From: an uncultured cyanobacterium | GTDB lineage: Bacteria; Cyanobacteriota; Cyanobacteriia; Cyanobacteriales; Nostocaceae | Length of the DNA stretch: 64,000 nt | Direction of reading: 5' to 3' | Assembly (NCBI GenBank): GCA_963706595.1 | Contig: OY970166.1 | Location: 1,952,001 to 2,016,000 of the forward strand | Shown: piece by piece, positions 21,137 to 31,795 of the stretch | How the letters are laid out: each line of letters opens with the position of its first letter | How positions within the stretch are numbered: the stretch's first letter is position 1 | Notes under the pieces: model-generated | The model's database searches: none | What the model saw: only the letters and a program-made list of their open reading frames with translations | What the model was told of the DNA's origin: nothing | Program-made: the position numbers and the translations under genes

Positions 21137-22306
21137 ATGCGGATACTAATGATTACGCCTAACTCAATTGCTGCAAAACGTCCTTTAGAGTGGTGTCTGA
21201 TCAACGGAGATGAAGTTTTGTGTGTCGGAGAAGAGGACTTCTATCAAAACAACCCTCCTCAAAACTATAGTTTTATCCCTGCTATTTCTAGTGGCATAGA
21301 TATCTTGCTAAATTCACCTGAATCAACCACAGAAAAGATAGCGGATTTGCGTAAATTACAAATAGAGCAACTGCAAAAATTAGTCAAAGAATTTCAACCT
21401 GATGTCATTCATGGGCATTACTTTTCGTTCACTGTAGAATGTTGTGCCTTAGCAAATTTGCACCCTTTAGTCGTATCAGTTTGGGGATTTTTGAATGATT
21501 TAATGTCGTCTGAAGCAGAGCGTCTCTTTAAATTTTATCCAGAGATACGTCCAATCATAGAATCGTCTGACGCTTTAATTGTTGAGACTCCTATTTTACT
21601 TGATAAATGTCAACCGTTCTTGAAATCTAACCAGCGATTAGAGTTAATACCTTTAGGTACAAACACACAACACTTCTCTCCTTATGATGGAGAGAATGTA
21701 GATTGAGCCAGAAAAATCTTAAATATTCCCCAAGAAGCTAAAGTTTTGTTATCGCCAAGAGGTTGGGATGAATCTTATCGGCATCAAGAGATTCTAGAAG
21801 CATTTGCTCTAGCTTATTCAGAATTACCACACCCAACAATACTTTTATTTATAGCTTTAGGGCGTGGCACAAGTGAAGAAGCTAAACTTTATCATCAAGG
21901 TATATTTCAGGTAATAGATAAACTAAAAATAAAGGATCATGTTAAAATCTTGCCTCCTATGTCTTATGAAATGATGCCTTATGTCTATGCTTTGGCAGAT
22001 GTAGTCATTAACTATCCTATTAATGACGCTTTTCCGTCTACGATAATAGAAGCAGTTGCCTGTGAACGACCTGTAATTACTGCTCAATTGCCAGGTTACA
22101 AAGGTACGTTCATTGAGGAATTCTGTACTTTAGTTGATGCCAATAATATGACTGAGTTAGCTAAGGCTATGGCTGAAGTCGTCAATACACCCAGAACTAA
22201 TTACAGCAGTCAAATTGCTAAAGCCCGTCAGGTAATAGTTGAACAATACGATGAGAGTATATTTAAAAATCGTCTGTTTAATCTTTATAAAAATCTGATG
22301 ATATGA
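21137..22306 (+). pseudogene. GT4 (GT-B) glycosyltransferase interrupted by an in-frame TGA at 21704-21706
   Basis: MRILMI start, FQPDVIHGH, DAFPSTIIEAVACERPVI; the two ORF-track pieces are in the same frame separated only by one stop codon. Confidence 0.75.
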
Positions 22307-22420
22307 TACTTTTTTAATACTGAATCTAGTACCTAGTGAGGCGTAAAATTCAGATAAGATCATGCTCTTGTCATCAGGAATTGAGATAAATGAAAGTTAA
22401 TTCTAGAGAAGCCATCACAA

Positions 22421-23671
22421 ATGCTTAAAAATATGGCTTGGTTCGAGCGAATTCGCCAACTATTTGAGTTCAGAAATTTTCGTCTTTTTTTCATAGGAGA
22501 TGCAATTTCTCTACTTGGTAGTTATATCCAGGGAATAGCCAACGTCTGGCTAGTTTATGATCTAACTAATTCGGCATTTTTGTTAGCTTTAGTCCAATTT
22601 TCAGGACTAATTTCTAATTTAACTTTCGCTCCTTTTGGCGGTATTATGGCAGATCAGATCAATCGCCATCGCATTATTCTAGTTACTGAAACTCTTTGTA
22701 TCTTGCCACCTTTAGCTCTAGCAGCTTTAACATTAACTGATACCATTCAAATTTGGCATATTATTATTTTGGATATTTTTAAAGGCATCATTAATGCCTT
22801 TTATGTGCCAGCACGTCACTCATTGTTTACAGAAATGGTAGAGAAAAAAGAATATTTAGGTAATGCGATCGCTTTCAATTCTTCAATATACAATGCTACT
22901 AGATTTATTGGTCCGGCTATTGGTGGTTTGTTAGTTGCTGCCTTTGGTGTGGGAATCTGTTTTTTAATTGACGCTCTTAGCTTTATACCGATGATCATTG
23001 CTCTTTCAGCTATGAATATTAAACCCAGCACAATAAATGTTAGTCATACTAGTTACTGGGAGAAATTAAAAGAAGGGTTTGTTTATGCTTCTAGCTTCCC
23101 ACCCAGTCGCGCAATTTTAACTCTACTAGGTCTTTCCAGTTTTATGGGAATGTCTTATGCGATTTTAGTACCTGTGTTTGCTGAAGAGATTCTTCACGGT
23201 GACGCTAAAACTCTAGGCTTTTTAATGTCAAGTTCGGGAATAGGAGCATTAATCGCCGCAATTTATCTAAGTTCAAGACATAGTATCATAGGATTAGAAA
23301 ACATAATTGCTTTTGCCCCAGTTATTTTTGGTAGTGGACTAATTGCTTTTTCATTTTTTCAAAGTTTTTGGTTGTCTTCCTTGATGTTGCTATTAATTGG
23401 ATTTGGTTTAGTTATGCAAGTAACATCTAGCAATACAGTTTTACAAATCTTAGTAGATGATGACAAACGAGGACGTTTAATGAGCTTTTTTAGTATGGTA
23501 GTTACGGTGATGGCATCACTAGGAGGTTTATTTGTTGGCGGCTTGGCTACCCATATCGGTGTCTCCATGACTTTAAGAATTTGCGGATTTTTCTGTGTTT
23601 TAGGTTCGTTTTTATTTTATCAAAAAACTCCGATGTTAAGACATTTTATTGAACAAACTCACAAAGCTTAA
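22421..23671 (+). CDS. MFS transporter (macrolide-efflux/MFS_3-like exporter)
   Basis: About 12 hydrophobic segments, RNFRLFF, GGIMADQINR, DDKRGRLMS. Confidence 0.9.
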   Translation: MLKNMAWFERIRQLFEFRNFRLFFIGDAISLLGSYIQGIANVWLVYDLTNSAFLLALVQFSGLISNLTFAPFGGIMADQINRHRIILVTETLCILPPLALAALTLTDTIQIWHIIILDIFKGIINAFYVPARHSLFTEMVEKKEYLGNAIAFNSSIYNATRFIGPAIGGLLVAAFGVGICFLIDALSFIPMIIALSAMNIKPSTINVSHTSYWEKLKEGFVYASSFPPSRAILTLLGLSSFMGMSYAILVPVFAEEILHGDAKTLGFLMSSSGIGALIAAIYLSSRHSIIGLENIIAFAPVIFGSGLIAFSFFQSFWLSSLMLLLIGFGLVMQVTSSNTVLQILVDDDKRGRLMSFFSMVVTVMASLGGLFVGGLATHIGVSMTLRICGFFCVLGSFLFYQKTPMLRHFIEQTHKA

Positions 23672-23771
23672 AAAACTGTTTGATCAAAATTATTTATTGA
23701 CTATAGGAATAATATTTGATTTTTCAAATATACGTACGATGGGCATTACCAACTAAAATCTGGATATTGTG

Positions 23772-23882
23772 GGCAATGCTGAAACCAAGTATGAATTTAG
23801 GTGTAGAGACGTTGCATGGAACGTCTCTGCAAGGGTTTCGATATCATCAAAAATCATTTTCATACATCAAATCAGCAACGCC
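23772..23882. mobile_element. MITE-like element (GGCGTTGC family) with internal GTAG palindrome
   Basis: ggcaatgctga...tcagcaacgcc; internal gtagagacgtt...aacgtctctgc; similar to 16287-16397. Confidence 0.6.
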
Positions 23883-23922
23883 GATATTTTCAGCGCAAGC
23901 TATCAGCAACGCCATAATTTAC

Positions 23923-24492
23923 TTATTCTTCAAACTGGTAATTTCCTAATTTTATATCTTCAGCAAAATACTCAGATACAAAATCTTTAGTTTCTTGATT
24001 GTAATAAAGAGCGTAATTTTTTTCTCTGGTATTGGGAATAAAGTGAGGAAGAACGGGGGCTGCAATCCCAATTTGTTCGCAAATCAACTTAAAATCATTG
24101 TTTAAGTTTTCAAATCTAGCAATAAACTTAACTTTTTTATTTTTCCCATAGACATAATCTACTTGTCGTTGCCGATGATAGAATGCTGAAGGTGAAATGA
24201 AATTAGGAAAATTTAAACAAAACTCCGCAAATGATATGTTCAGTTTAGGCAATCCTTCATATTTACCATCATTCCAATAGTGATATAAACTGACCATCCT
24301 ATCCCAAGGGTTTCTGATAAAACAAAAAGAAAAGAAACTATCCCAAGTTTCTTGATCGTATTCATCGGGTAAAAAATGGCCTTTATACGTTCCCCATTTT
24401 TCTTTAAGTTCGGGAAATAAAGTAACGGTAACAGCAGAACCGGCAGTTTTTGGAATATGAATGAAAATGAACTTTCTTTCTGTGTCAATCAT
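23923..24492 (-). CDS. Sulfotransferase family 2 protein
   Basis: FIHIPKTAGS (5'-PSB) and RNPWDRMVS (3'-PB) PAPS-binding motifs. Confidence 0.88.
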   Translation of the reverse strand: MIDTERKFIFIHIPKTAGSAVTVTLFPELKEKWGTYKGHFLPDEYDQETWDSFFSFCFIRNPWDRMVSLYHYWNDGKYEGLPKLNISFAEFCLNFPNFISPSAFYHRQRQVDYVYGKNKKVKFIARFENLNNDFKLICEQIGIAAPVLPHFIPNTREKNYALYYNQETKDFVSEYFAEDIKLGNYQFEE

Positions 24493-24571
24493 AGTTTTAG
24501 TAATTGCAGCTAAACAAAATAAAAGAAATTACAAAAAAGCAAAAATAATCAATGTGCTTCAGTCCAGGCAA

Positions 24572-25489
24572 TTATTTTTCCAACTGACGGCACATCTTTT
24601 CCCACCGTTTTTCGATTAGCTGTGAAAATATCGGCTCAGGGTAAGTCAAATTCTTTTGATTGATCATTTGAATTTTTTCTAGCCAATTTTTAGACTGGTT
24701 GAGAAAGTCTGGCGTGACTTTTTGTGCTGTTGAAATATTTCCTATAGAAAAATGTAAATCAAGTTCTTTTTGAGTCGGGTTGATACCAAAAGCTTTTAGT
24801 TGGTCTTCCAGAATCTTGATTGTCGTTAGTTTTTGTTCTTGCTCATGCTTACTGCTCATTTGATTTGGGTGTTGATGATAAAGATAATGTACTTCAGGAA
24901 TGTTAGCAAATTTCACATATTTTGCAGAACGCACCCAGAATTCATAGTCTTCTGCATACTCATAGGCAGGATCGTACCATAGCTGTGTTTCGGTGAAGGC
25001 AGAACGACGGATAATGGTAGTACCATGTGGAATTGTTCCTCTATTGGAGAAGAACAAATTACATCGAATAGTTTCATCATCTGTAGGATACTGACAAACG
25101 AAATCCGCACCCAAACCAGTGATTTCTAGCCAAGTACCACATACCCCCACTTCTGGATGAGTTTCCATAAAATTAACTTGTCTAGTTAAACGATTAGGAA
25201 GACTAATATCATCTCCATCAGAATGGACAATATACTCTCCTGTAGCCAAGGGTAATACTTTATTTAAACTATAAACTTTTTTCAAATTCTGCTCGTTTCG
25301 GAGTAACTTTATTCGGGAATCTTGCTTTGCATAAAATTCGAGAATAGACCAGGTATTATCTGTAGAACCATCATCAATGATCATCAACTCAAAGTCTTTA
25401 AATGTTTGGTCTAAGAAGCTCCTTATGGTTTTTTCTATAAAAATTCCTACATTATAAACAGAGATGACTACGCTAATTTTCGGAGACAT
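24572..25489 (-). CDS. GT2 (GT-A) glycosyltransferase
   Basis: ISVVISVYN, IIDDGSTD, DGDD, AEDYEFW. Confidence 0.92.
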   Translation of the reverse strand: MSPKISVVISVYNVGIFIEKTIRSFLDQTFKDFELMIIDDGSTDNTWSILEFYAKQDSRIKLLRNEQNLKKVYSLNKVLPLATGEYIVHSDGDDISLPNRLTRQVNFMETHPEVGVCGTWLEITGLGADFVCQYPTDDETIRCNLFFSNRGTIPHGTTIIRRSAFTETQLWYDPAYEYAEDYEFWVRSAKYVKFANIPEVHYLYHQHPNQMSSKHEQEQKLTTIKILEDQLKAFGINPTQKELDLHFSIGNISTAQKVTPDFLNQSKNWLEKIQMINQKNLTYPEPIFSQLIEKRWEKMCRQLEK

Positions 25490-25552
25490 TGTTAATTTTT
25501 AAATTAATTACTTGATGAAGTTTTTTGACTGACAGACAAATTTTCAATTATT

Positions 25553-25577
25553 AACCCCGCAATTTTCATGCGGGGCT
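25553..25577 (-). terminator. GC-rich hairpin between the peptide gene and GT2 (possible attenuator or processing stem)
   Basis: ccccgca-N7-tgcgggg inverted repeat. Confidence 0.4.
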
Positions 25578-25635
25578 ACTAGATGACTACACTGGTATTT
25601 AATTTAGTCAATCAGGAGTCAACTAACTAATCAAA

Positions 25636-25866
25636 CTATGCTACTGATAGAGCTATTGGATGAGCAGTACGTGCTGCAGTTCTACTCCAAGCAGTACGTG
25701 ATGCAATTCTACTCCAAGCAGTACGTGATGCAATTCCACGTAGAGCAGTACGTGATGCAATTCCACATAGAGCAGTACGTGATGCTGTAGCCGAAATGGA
25801 TATTTCTTCTAAGTTCAACTCAGTTAACTGATTCAGAAAATCTTCAAAAGAAGGTTGGTAGCTCAT
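25636..25866 (-). CDS. Putative RiPP precursor: acidic leader plus five 9-aa Ser/Thr/Arg-rich repeats
   Basis: GAGGA RBS; leader ...LTELNLEEI; repeats (T/I)A(S/A)RTAxxx; co-directional with GT2 and sulfotransferase. Confidence 0.65.
   Translation of the reverse strand: MSYQPSFEDFLNQLTELNLEEISISATASRTALCGIASRTALRGIASRTAWSRIASRTAWSRTAARTAHPIALSVA
25664..25790. repeat. 27-bp tandem repeat, five units
   Basis: gcagtacgtg starts at 25664, 25691, 25718, 25745 and 25772. Confidence 0.9.
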
Positions 25867-26032
25867 GACGCAATTATCCTCAAAAAATTAATTGATGGCT
25901 TTGAAATCAGTATTATCATACAGCACTTTGCTGACAAGTTAAAAGTTAAACAAATACCAATACTATAGCCAAATTACGAGGGTTCAACGGCTGTAGAAGC
26001 ATTCAACCTATCCCACTAATAGGCGTTGCAGA

Positions 26033-26245
26033 ATGGACAACCGAGACCAGTATGATTACGGTTGGAACTCAAAAGGACAGCGCTTCCATGCACTTAAATC
26101 AGGTCGTCGTGAAGGTCGGGTGAACATAATTGCCGCGCTGTGTAACCATAAGCTGATAGCTCCTTTCACTGTTGAGGGTGCGTGTAATCGAATAGTATTT
26201 GAGACTTGGCTTGAAGCTTGTTTACTTCCCACACTCAAACCGGGA
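26033..26245 (+). mobile_element. IS630-family transposase fragment
   Basis: YGW..KGQRFHALKSGRR.GRVNIIAAL...APF...GACN..VFETWL...LLP.LKPG; both ends missing. Confidence 0.8.
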
Positions 26246-26365
26246 CATTTTCGAGATCAGCTTCGACGTTTAAGTGGGCAGTAGAGTTAACAAAGCCTGA
26301 TTATAAACTGGAAATGAGAGGTGAACCCATCCATAATAAAGGGAGATGTTATTTTTAATTTAGTT

Positions 26366-27145
26366 ATGTACTTAACTTGGTTAGACAGCAATAGTTGGCT
26401 ACTAGAAATCGGCAACCAAAGGATATTGCTTGACCCGTGGCTGGTGGGTTCCTTAACTTTTGGCAATTTGGATTGGTTTTTTAGAGGTTCCCGGACACAA
26501 GAACGCCCCATACCAGAGAATATTGATTTACTTTTGCTGTCTCAAGGTTTGGAAGATCATGCTCATCCGGAAACTCTGAAGCAGCTTGACCACAAAATTC
26601 AAGTTGTGGGTTCGCCCAATGCGGCAAAATTATTACAGGGTTTGGGTTATACTTCCGTAACATCCCTAGCTCATGGTGAGAGTTTTAACTTGAATGAGCA
26701 AGTAGAAATTACTGCTGTTCCTGGGTCTACCGTGGGTTATAACCTAGTAGAAAATGGTTATTTGCTCAAAGAAGTCAGCACTGGTTTAACACTTTACTAT
26801 GAGCCTCATGGGTCGCATTCGCCAGAAGTGAAAAAGTTTGCACCAGTTGATGTGGTAATTACGCCAATTGTTGATGTTACACTACCTTTAGGTTTGCCAA
26901 TTATTAAAGGTAGGAAGAGTGCATTAGAAGTTGCACAGTGGTTACAACCCCAAATTATGCTTCCCACGGCTGCGGGTGGAGACGTAATCTTTGAAGGTTT
27001 GCTGACAAAATTTTTAACAGCGCAAGGAAGCGGAGAAGAGTTTAGTTCCTTACTAAATCAGCACAATTTAACTACAAGAGTGATGGAACCCAAGCCAGGC
27101 GATCGCCTAGAACTACAATTACAAAAGCGCACATTAAAAGTATAA
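26366..27145 (+). CDS. MBL-fold metallo-hydrolase (conserved cyanobacterial family)
   Basis: MYLTWLDSNSW, ILLDPWLVG, SQGLEDHAH, YYEPHG. Confidence 0.85.
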   Translation: MYLTWLDSNSWLLEIGNQRILLDPWLVGSLTFGNLDWFFRGSRTQERPIPENIDLLLLSQGLEDHAHPETLKQLDHKIQVVGSPNAAKLLQGLGYTSVTSLAHGESFNLNEQVEITAVPGSTVGYNLVENGYLLKEVSTGLTLYYEPHGSHSPEVKKFAPVDVVITPIVDVTLPLGLPIIKGRKSALEVAQWLQPQIMLPTAAGGDVIFEGLLTKFLTAQGSGEEFSSLLNQHNLTTRVMEPKPGDRLELQLQKRTLKV

Positions 27146-27213
27146 TCAACAGGGGTATACTAACCCTCTTCTCTTACCTCTGCGCCTCTGCGCCTCTGCG
27201 TGAGAGAAATTAT

Positions 27214-27378
27214 TTAATAATCATTGTCAGCCACACAAATTCCCTTACATTTAATCCCATTCGTAGCAGTGCGCTGACAATGAGGACAGAGAACTGGTTC
27301 AGATGCCGGTTCTTGATTTATCTCTATACTAGTGCTTTCCTGTAACTTATCCTTTTCGCTATCGGGTTTTACAGTCAT
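27214..27378 (-). CDS. Small Cys-containing hypothetical protein (54 aa)
   Basis: Manual translation MTVKPDSEK...LCPHCQRTATNGIKCKGICVADNDY*; CxxC...CxxxC. Confidence 0.6.
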   Translation of the reverse strand: MTVKPDSEKDKLQESTSIEINQEPASEPVLCPHCQRTATNGIKCKGICVADNDY

Positions 27379-27449
27379 AAAAATAAATGAACTTCTTGCT
27401 GTTTACATTTTACCAAGACAGTTGCACTGATTGCTCGTTCTGCTACAAT

Positions 27450-28289
27450 TTAAAGCAATTTCTGGTTTTTTGTTTTCACCCGTTGATAAAACTCCTCCAT
27501 TGTTTGAATAAAAGAATTATCTTTTGGCCAAAAAGGTGGGAAATCTCCTTGTTTCTTTACCAAAATTGCTGATACACTGCTTTGATTAGGAACTTCAATA
27601 GTTGATGGTAATCGTTTTGTTCCTAACCAAAATTCCCTAGCGGTGGGCTTTTGGTCAACAGATTGTTTTTCTAGTGTTGTGTAAAAGGATATAGCAGGTT
27701 CTAAGGAAATTTCTTCAGAGTTTAGGGATTCTGATAAAGCTTTACCTAATGGTGAATTAGCTAACTTTGTTTGCAGTTCGGCTTTAGATAAACCCCGTAA
27801 TTCAAATAACAAGAATGGGTTTTTATCCAGTTGTGAAGCGACTAAATAATAGACTCCGGCGATATGCTTACAAGGATTAGCATAATCTGGACAAGAACAT
27901 CTTGTAGTAAAATCCTTACTACTGTGGGGTAATAAATTTAATCCCAAATGAGCAAAATTATCCTCTATATTTTCAGGGACTTCATTTAACAGTAGTCGAG
28001 AAACCACACTAGCCTTAGAAGAAAGCTTCGTAATAGCTTCATTCCAGCTAGTTTTACCAATCGGTTTAATTTCAATTGAGATATTATAAGTTGGTTCTTT
28101 ATAAACTCCAAAATAGGGATTAATTGAACCTTTAACTTGAGCCGTAATATGATTTTTATCAATTTCAAAATTTAATACCTTACCCCCACGGGCGTAAGAA
28201 CGTCCGCGCTGGAGTCGGCTATCATCGGTGAATTCCTCTAACGCTTGAATAAAGCAATCGCCCCACCAAGTCCGAGTAAATTTAGCCAT
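27450..28289 (-). CDS. SWIM zinc-finger protein (partner of SNF2 helicase)
   Basis: RLQRGRSYAR, CSCPDYANPCKH. Confidence 0.9.
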   Translation of the reverse strand: MAKFTRTWWGDCFIQALEEFTDDSRLQRGRSYARGGKVLNFEIDKNHITAQVKGSINPYFGVYKEPTYNISIEIKPIGKTSWNEAITKLSSKASVVSRLLLNEVPENIEDNFAHLGLNLLPHSSKDFTTRCSCPDYANPCKHIAGVYYLVASQLDKNPFLLFELRGLSKAELQTKLANSPLGKALSESLNSEEISLEPAISFYTTLEKQSVDQKPTAREFWLGTKRLPSTIEVPNQSSVSAILVKKQGDFPPFWPKDNSFIQTMEEFYQRVKTKNQKLL

Positions 28290-28468
28290 AAATTAGACCT
28301 CTAGTAATTAGGAACCCCACCCCCAGCCCCTCCCCGCAAGCGAGGAGGGGAGTAAGAGTAAAAAAACTTTAAAACTCTTCCTTCTTTTCTTCTCTTCCTT
28401 CGTGTCCTTAGCGTCCTTTGTGGTATGCGCTTCGCGCACGCTAGGCGAACGTTTCTCCATAATTTAAT

Positions 28469-31400
28469 TTACTCCAAAATTGCACTCTTATTCAGCGCTA
28501 TCAATTGCTTAAAAGCCTCATTATTTAACTCCGTCAACCAAGACTCATCACTACCAACCACAGAAGAAGAAAGTTTTTTCTTATCCTCAATCATTTGGTC
28601 AATTCTCTCCTCCAAAGTCCCAATAGTCACAAACTTATGCACAAACACATTCTTTTTTTGACCAATGCGAAAAGCCCTGTCAGTGGCTTGATCCTCAACG
28701 GCTGGATTCCACCAACGGTCAAAATGGAAAACATGATTGGCTTTCGTCAGAGTAATACCCACACCACCAGCTTTCAGCGAAAGGATAAACACAGATGGTT
28801 CCGTATCCGGGTCTTGAAATTCAGTAATCATCTGTTCTCGACGTTTGCGACTCGTGCCACCATGTAGGTAGTAAGTATTGCAGTGCAGACTATGTTTAAG
28901 ATGCTTTTCCACACTTTCGCAAACATCTGTAAACTGGCTAAATATCAGCAAACTTTCACCTTCAGCAACCGCTTCATCTACCATTTCTGCTAATCGGCTC
29001 AGTTTGTGCGATCGCTCAGTGGAAAATGCACTATTATCTTGTAAGAACTGGGCAGGATGATTACAAATTTGTTTTAATTTCAGCAGAGTTGAAAGGATCA
29101 ATCCTTTGCGTTGAATACCTTCTGTTTTTTGCAGCTTTTCTTCAACATCTTTCACCACCACTTCATATAGTGATGCCTGTTCTTTAGTTAAATTAGTATA
29201 GAGTTTTTGTTCAACTTTATCTGGCAAATCATTAATAATCGATTGGTCAGTTTTTACCCGGCGTAAAATTAGCGGTTCCACCAATTTCTTCAAGGTAACT
29301 GATTTCACCCGGTCATTATCTTTCTGAATGGGAATTTCAAAAGACTTGCGAAACTGGGCTTCTTTACCCAAATAACCAGGATTGAGAAAATTAAAAATTG
29401 ACCATAAATCCAGCAGTCTGTTTTCTACAGGCGTTCCTGTTAACGCGAGTCGGTGTTTTGCCGAAATTTTGAGGATAGCTTTGGTTTGTGCAGCTTTGGG
29501 ATTTTTGATATTTTGCGCCTCATCTAAAACCAGACGTTGCCATTCCACACTATTGAACAGCTTTTCATCCTTCCGGGCTAGAGTGAAGGAAGTAATAATC
29601 ACATCATGCTGTTGACAAGCGGCTTTAAAATCAGGAGAATTTTGTAGGCGATCGCTACCATGATGCACCATACTTTTTAAATGGGGTGCAAACTTAGCAA
29701 TTTCCTTTTGCCAATTACCCACAACGGAAGTAGGCGCAATTAATAAAGTAGGTAAAACAGACTCCACTGCATCCTTTTCCTGCACAAGTCTAGCAATTAC
29801 TTGTACCGACTTACCCAAACCCATATCATCTGCTAAACAGCCATTTAAACCCAAACGTTCTAGATATTCCAACCAAGCCACACCCCGCTTTTGGTACTCG
29901 CGTAAAGTGCCTTGCAGATTTAACGTTTCAGAAATTGGTTCCAATTGGCTTTTATCTTGCAACTTCGCTATCATCTCCGATAGCACTTCATCATGTTCAA
30001 TTTCCCACTCTTCCCCAACTTCGGCACTGCGTTGTAAAAACTCCAACAAATTCATTTGGGGTTGTTCATCACCGTGAGACTCCCAAAATTCCAATAATTG
30101 CTGCATTTTATCCCGGTCTAATTCCATCCACTGACCGCGAAAATGCACGAGAGGAGATTTAGCATTAATTAATTGTTCCCATTCTTGGGGAGTCACAACT
30201 TGTTCCCCAATGGCTAATTCATATTGATACTCTACCAGGGAATCTAAACCAAAATAGCTTTTTGTTTCCCCTTTAGTTGGCGCGAGTTTCTTACCAGATG
30301 CTTTCAGGCGAACTTTGGCACGACGGCGACCAGCAGGAGTATACCAAGCAGGTACAATGACTTTAAAACCTGCATCTTCTAACAACCAAGCACTTTCTTT
30401 GAGAAAATCAAACGCCGCATCTAAAGTCAGTTGCATTCCTGTCGGCTGGTCTGTTTCTAACCCTTGCCAAAGTTGAGGATACATTCGCGCTGCGTAACCC
30501 AAATTTAACAGCAAATTAGTTTCAAAGTTTTTACCAAAATTCTTCTGTACAGAAGTTTTAGCTGTTTGATTCATGTTCCAGTAATCAGCTAAATCCAACT
30601 TTAAAGAAGGGTCTTGTTTACTGGCTACCAAAAATTGCATCTGCCAATTTTCTATTTCTTCGCTAGTAGGAGAATGCAGTTGAAAGCAGAGATAAAAAGG
30701 TGAATCTGATTGAGTGCGGGTAATTTTATTTTTCCACCCTTGCCATTGTTTATATTCTTCTAAAGCAGCATGACTTGTGAGTGGGTTATGGCGTTGGGGA
30801 TAAAGACAATAATCAATTAGAGAGTCTGAGATTTGCTTATCAAAAGCTGCTGTCGAAGGTGTATGTAGTAACTAAATCATTTAGTACAGATTCAGAAAAA
30901 TGCCGTAATAAAGTTTCCTGATTAAAGAACTCAATACTATCACTTGATTTTGCCGCACCTGCCACACAAATTAGTGGCATATAGTCAATATATTTTTGGA
31001 TATTACTTTCGTATTGTTCGGAAACAATTTCCCAGTTGGCATAAATTTCAAAAGGCTGAGAAGTTGGTTGTTTGCCTTTTTTCTTAGTTGTTGCGGCTGC
31101 TAACTGCCGATATTTCAGCGCTGGAATATATTGGTCTTTGATAATTACTTCTTTAAAAGCTTGAGTGTAGTGATACCAAAACAGCAAATCAGAACCAAGT
31201 TGAATATCCCCAGAATTATATAGTGCTAAAAAATGAATATCATTGATTAATTTAATGAAATTTATCGCTTTTTCAGCCTTAGCATAGATTGCTGTTTCAT
31301 AACAATCAACTTGCCAATATTGAAACTCCTCATAATCTTCAGGAATTTCCACTTCCAGATACTTAACTAATTCCGGCGAAGGTAAAGGCTGATTATTCGT

Positions 31401-31643
31401 AGTTGGTAAAGCAAAATATTTTGGAGAAATCAACTGACTCAATTGAGACGCTGTGGCTTTAATTCCCAACTCCTGCGTTAAAAAATTAGATAATTCCGCC
31501 TTAGCTAAATGTCCTGGATGAATACCTTGGCTATGACTGCGGCTTTTCTGACTAACCGGAGTTTCCACCCACAAATAAAAAGACCCCGACTGAATAAAAT
31601 CAGTAGACGCATCTGGTATCCAAGTTCCATGCAGGACTTTCAT
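28469..31643 (-). CDS. SNF2-family helicase; +1 frameshift near 30866
   Basis: LADDMGLGKS, DEAQ, TGTPVEN, QATDRAFRIGQ; removing one base at about 30866 joins both ORFs into about 1057 aa. Confidence 0.88.
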
Positions 31644-31795
31644 AAAAATGATGCCTTTGGATTGAAAAAATTTAGCAGTTTCTTACCACTGTACCAAAAA
31701 TCATCTCAACTCTTACTCTCCGCGCCTCCGCTTACTGAGCGACTTGTACTGAGCGCAGTCGAAGTAAGTCGAAGTATGCGCCTCTGCGTGAACCT

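Noticed and set aside
21704..21760. TGA as a selenocysteine codon
   Set aside because: No evident SECIS hairpin downstream, the position is a non-catalytic linker, and Trp TGG->TGA is simpler
25664..25790. 27-bp repeat as a mini CRISPR array
   Set aside because: Variable parts are only 9 nt and related to each other, the period is a multiple of 3 within an ORF with an RBS, and no cas genes are nearby
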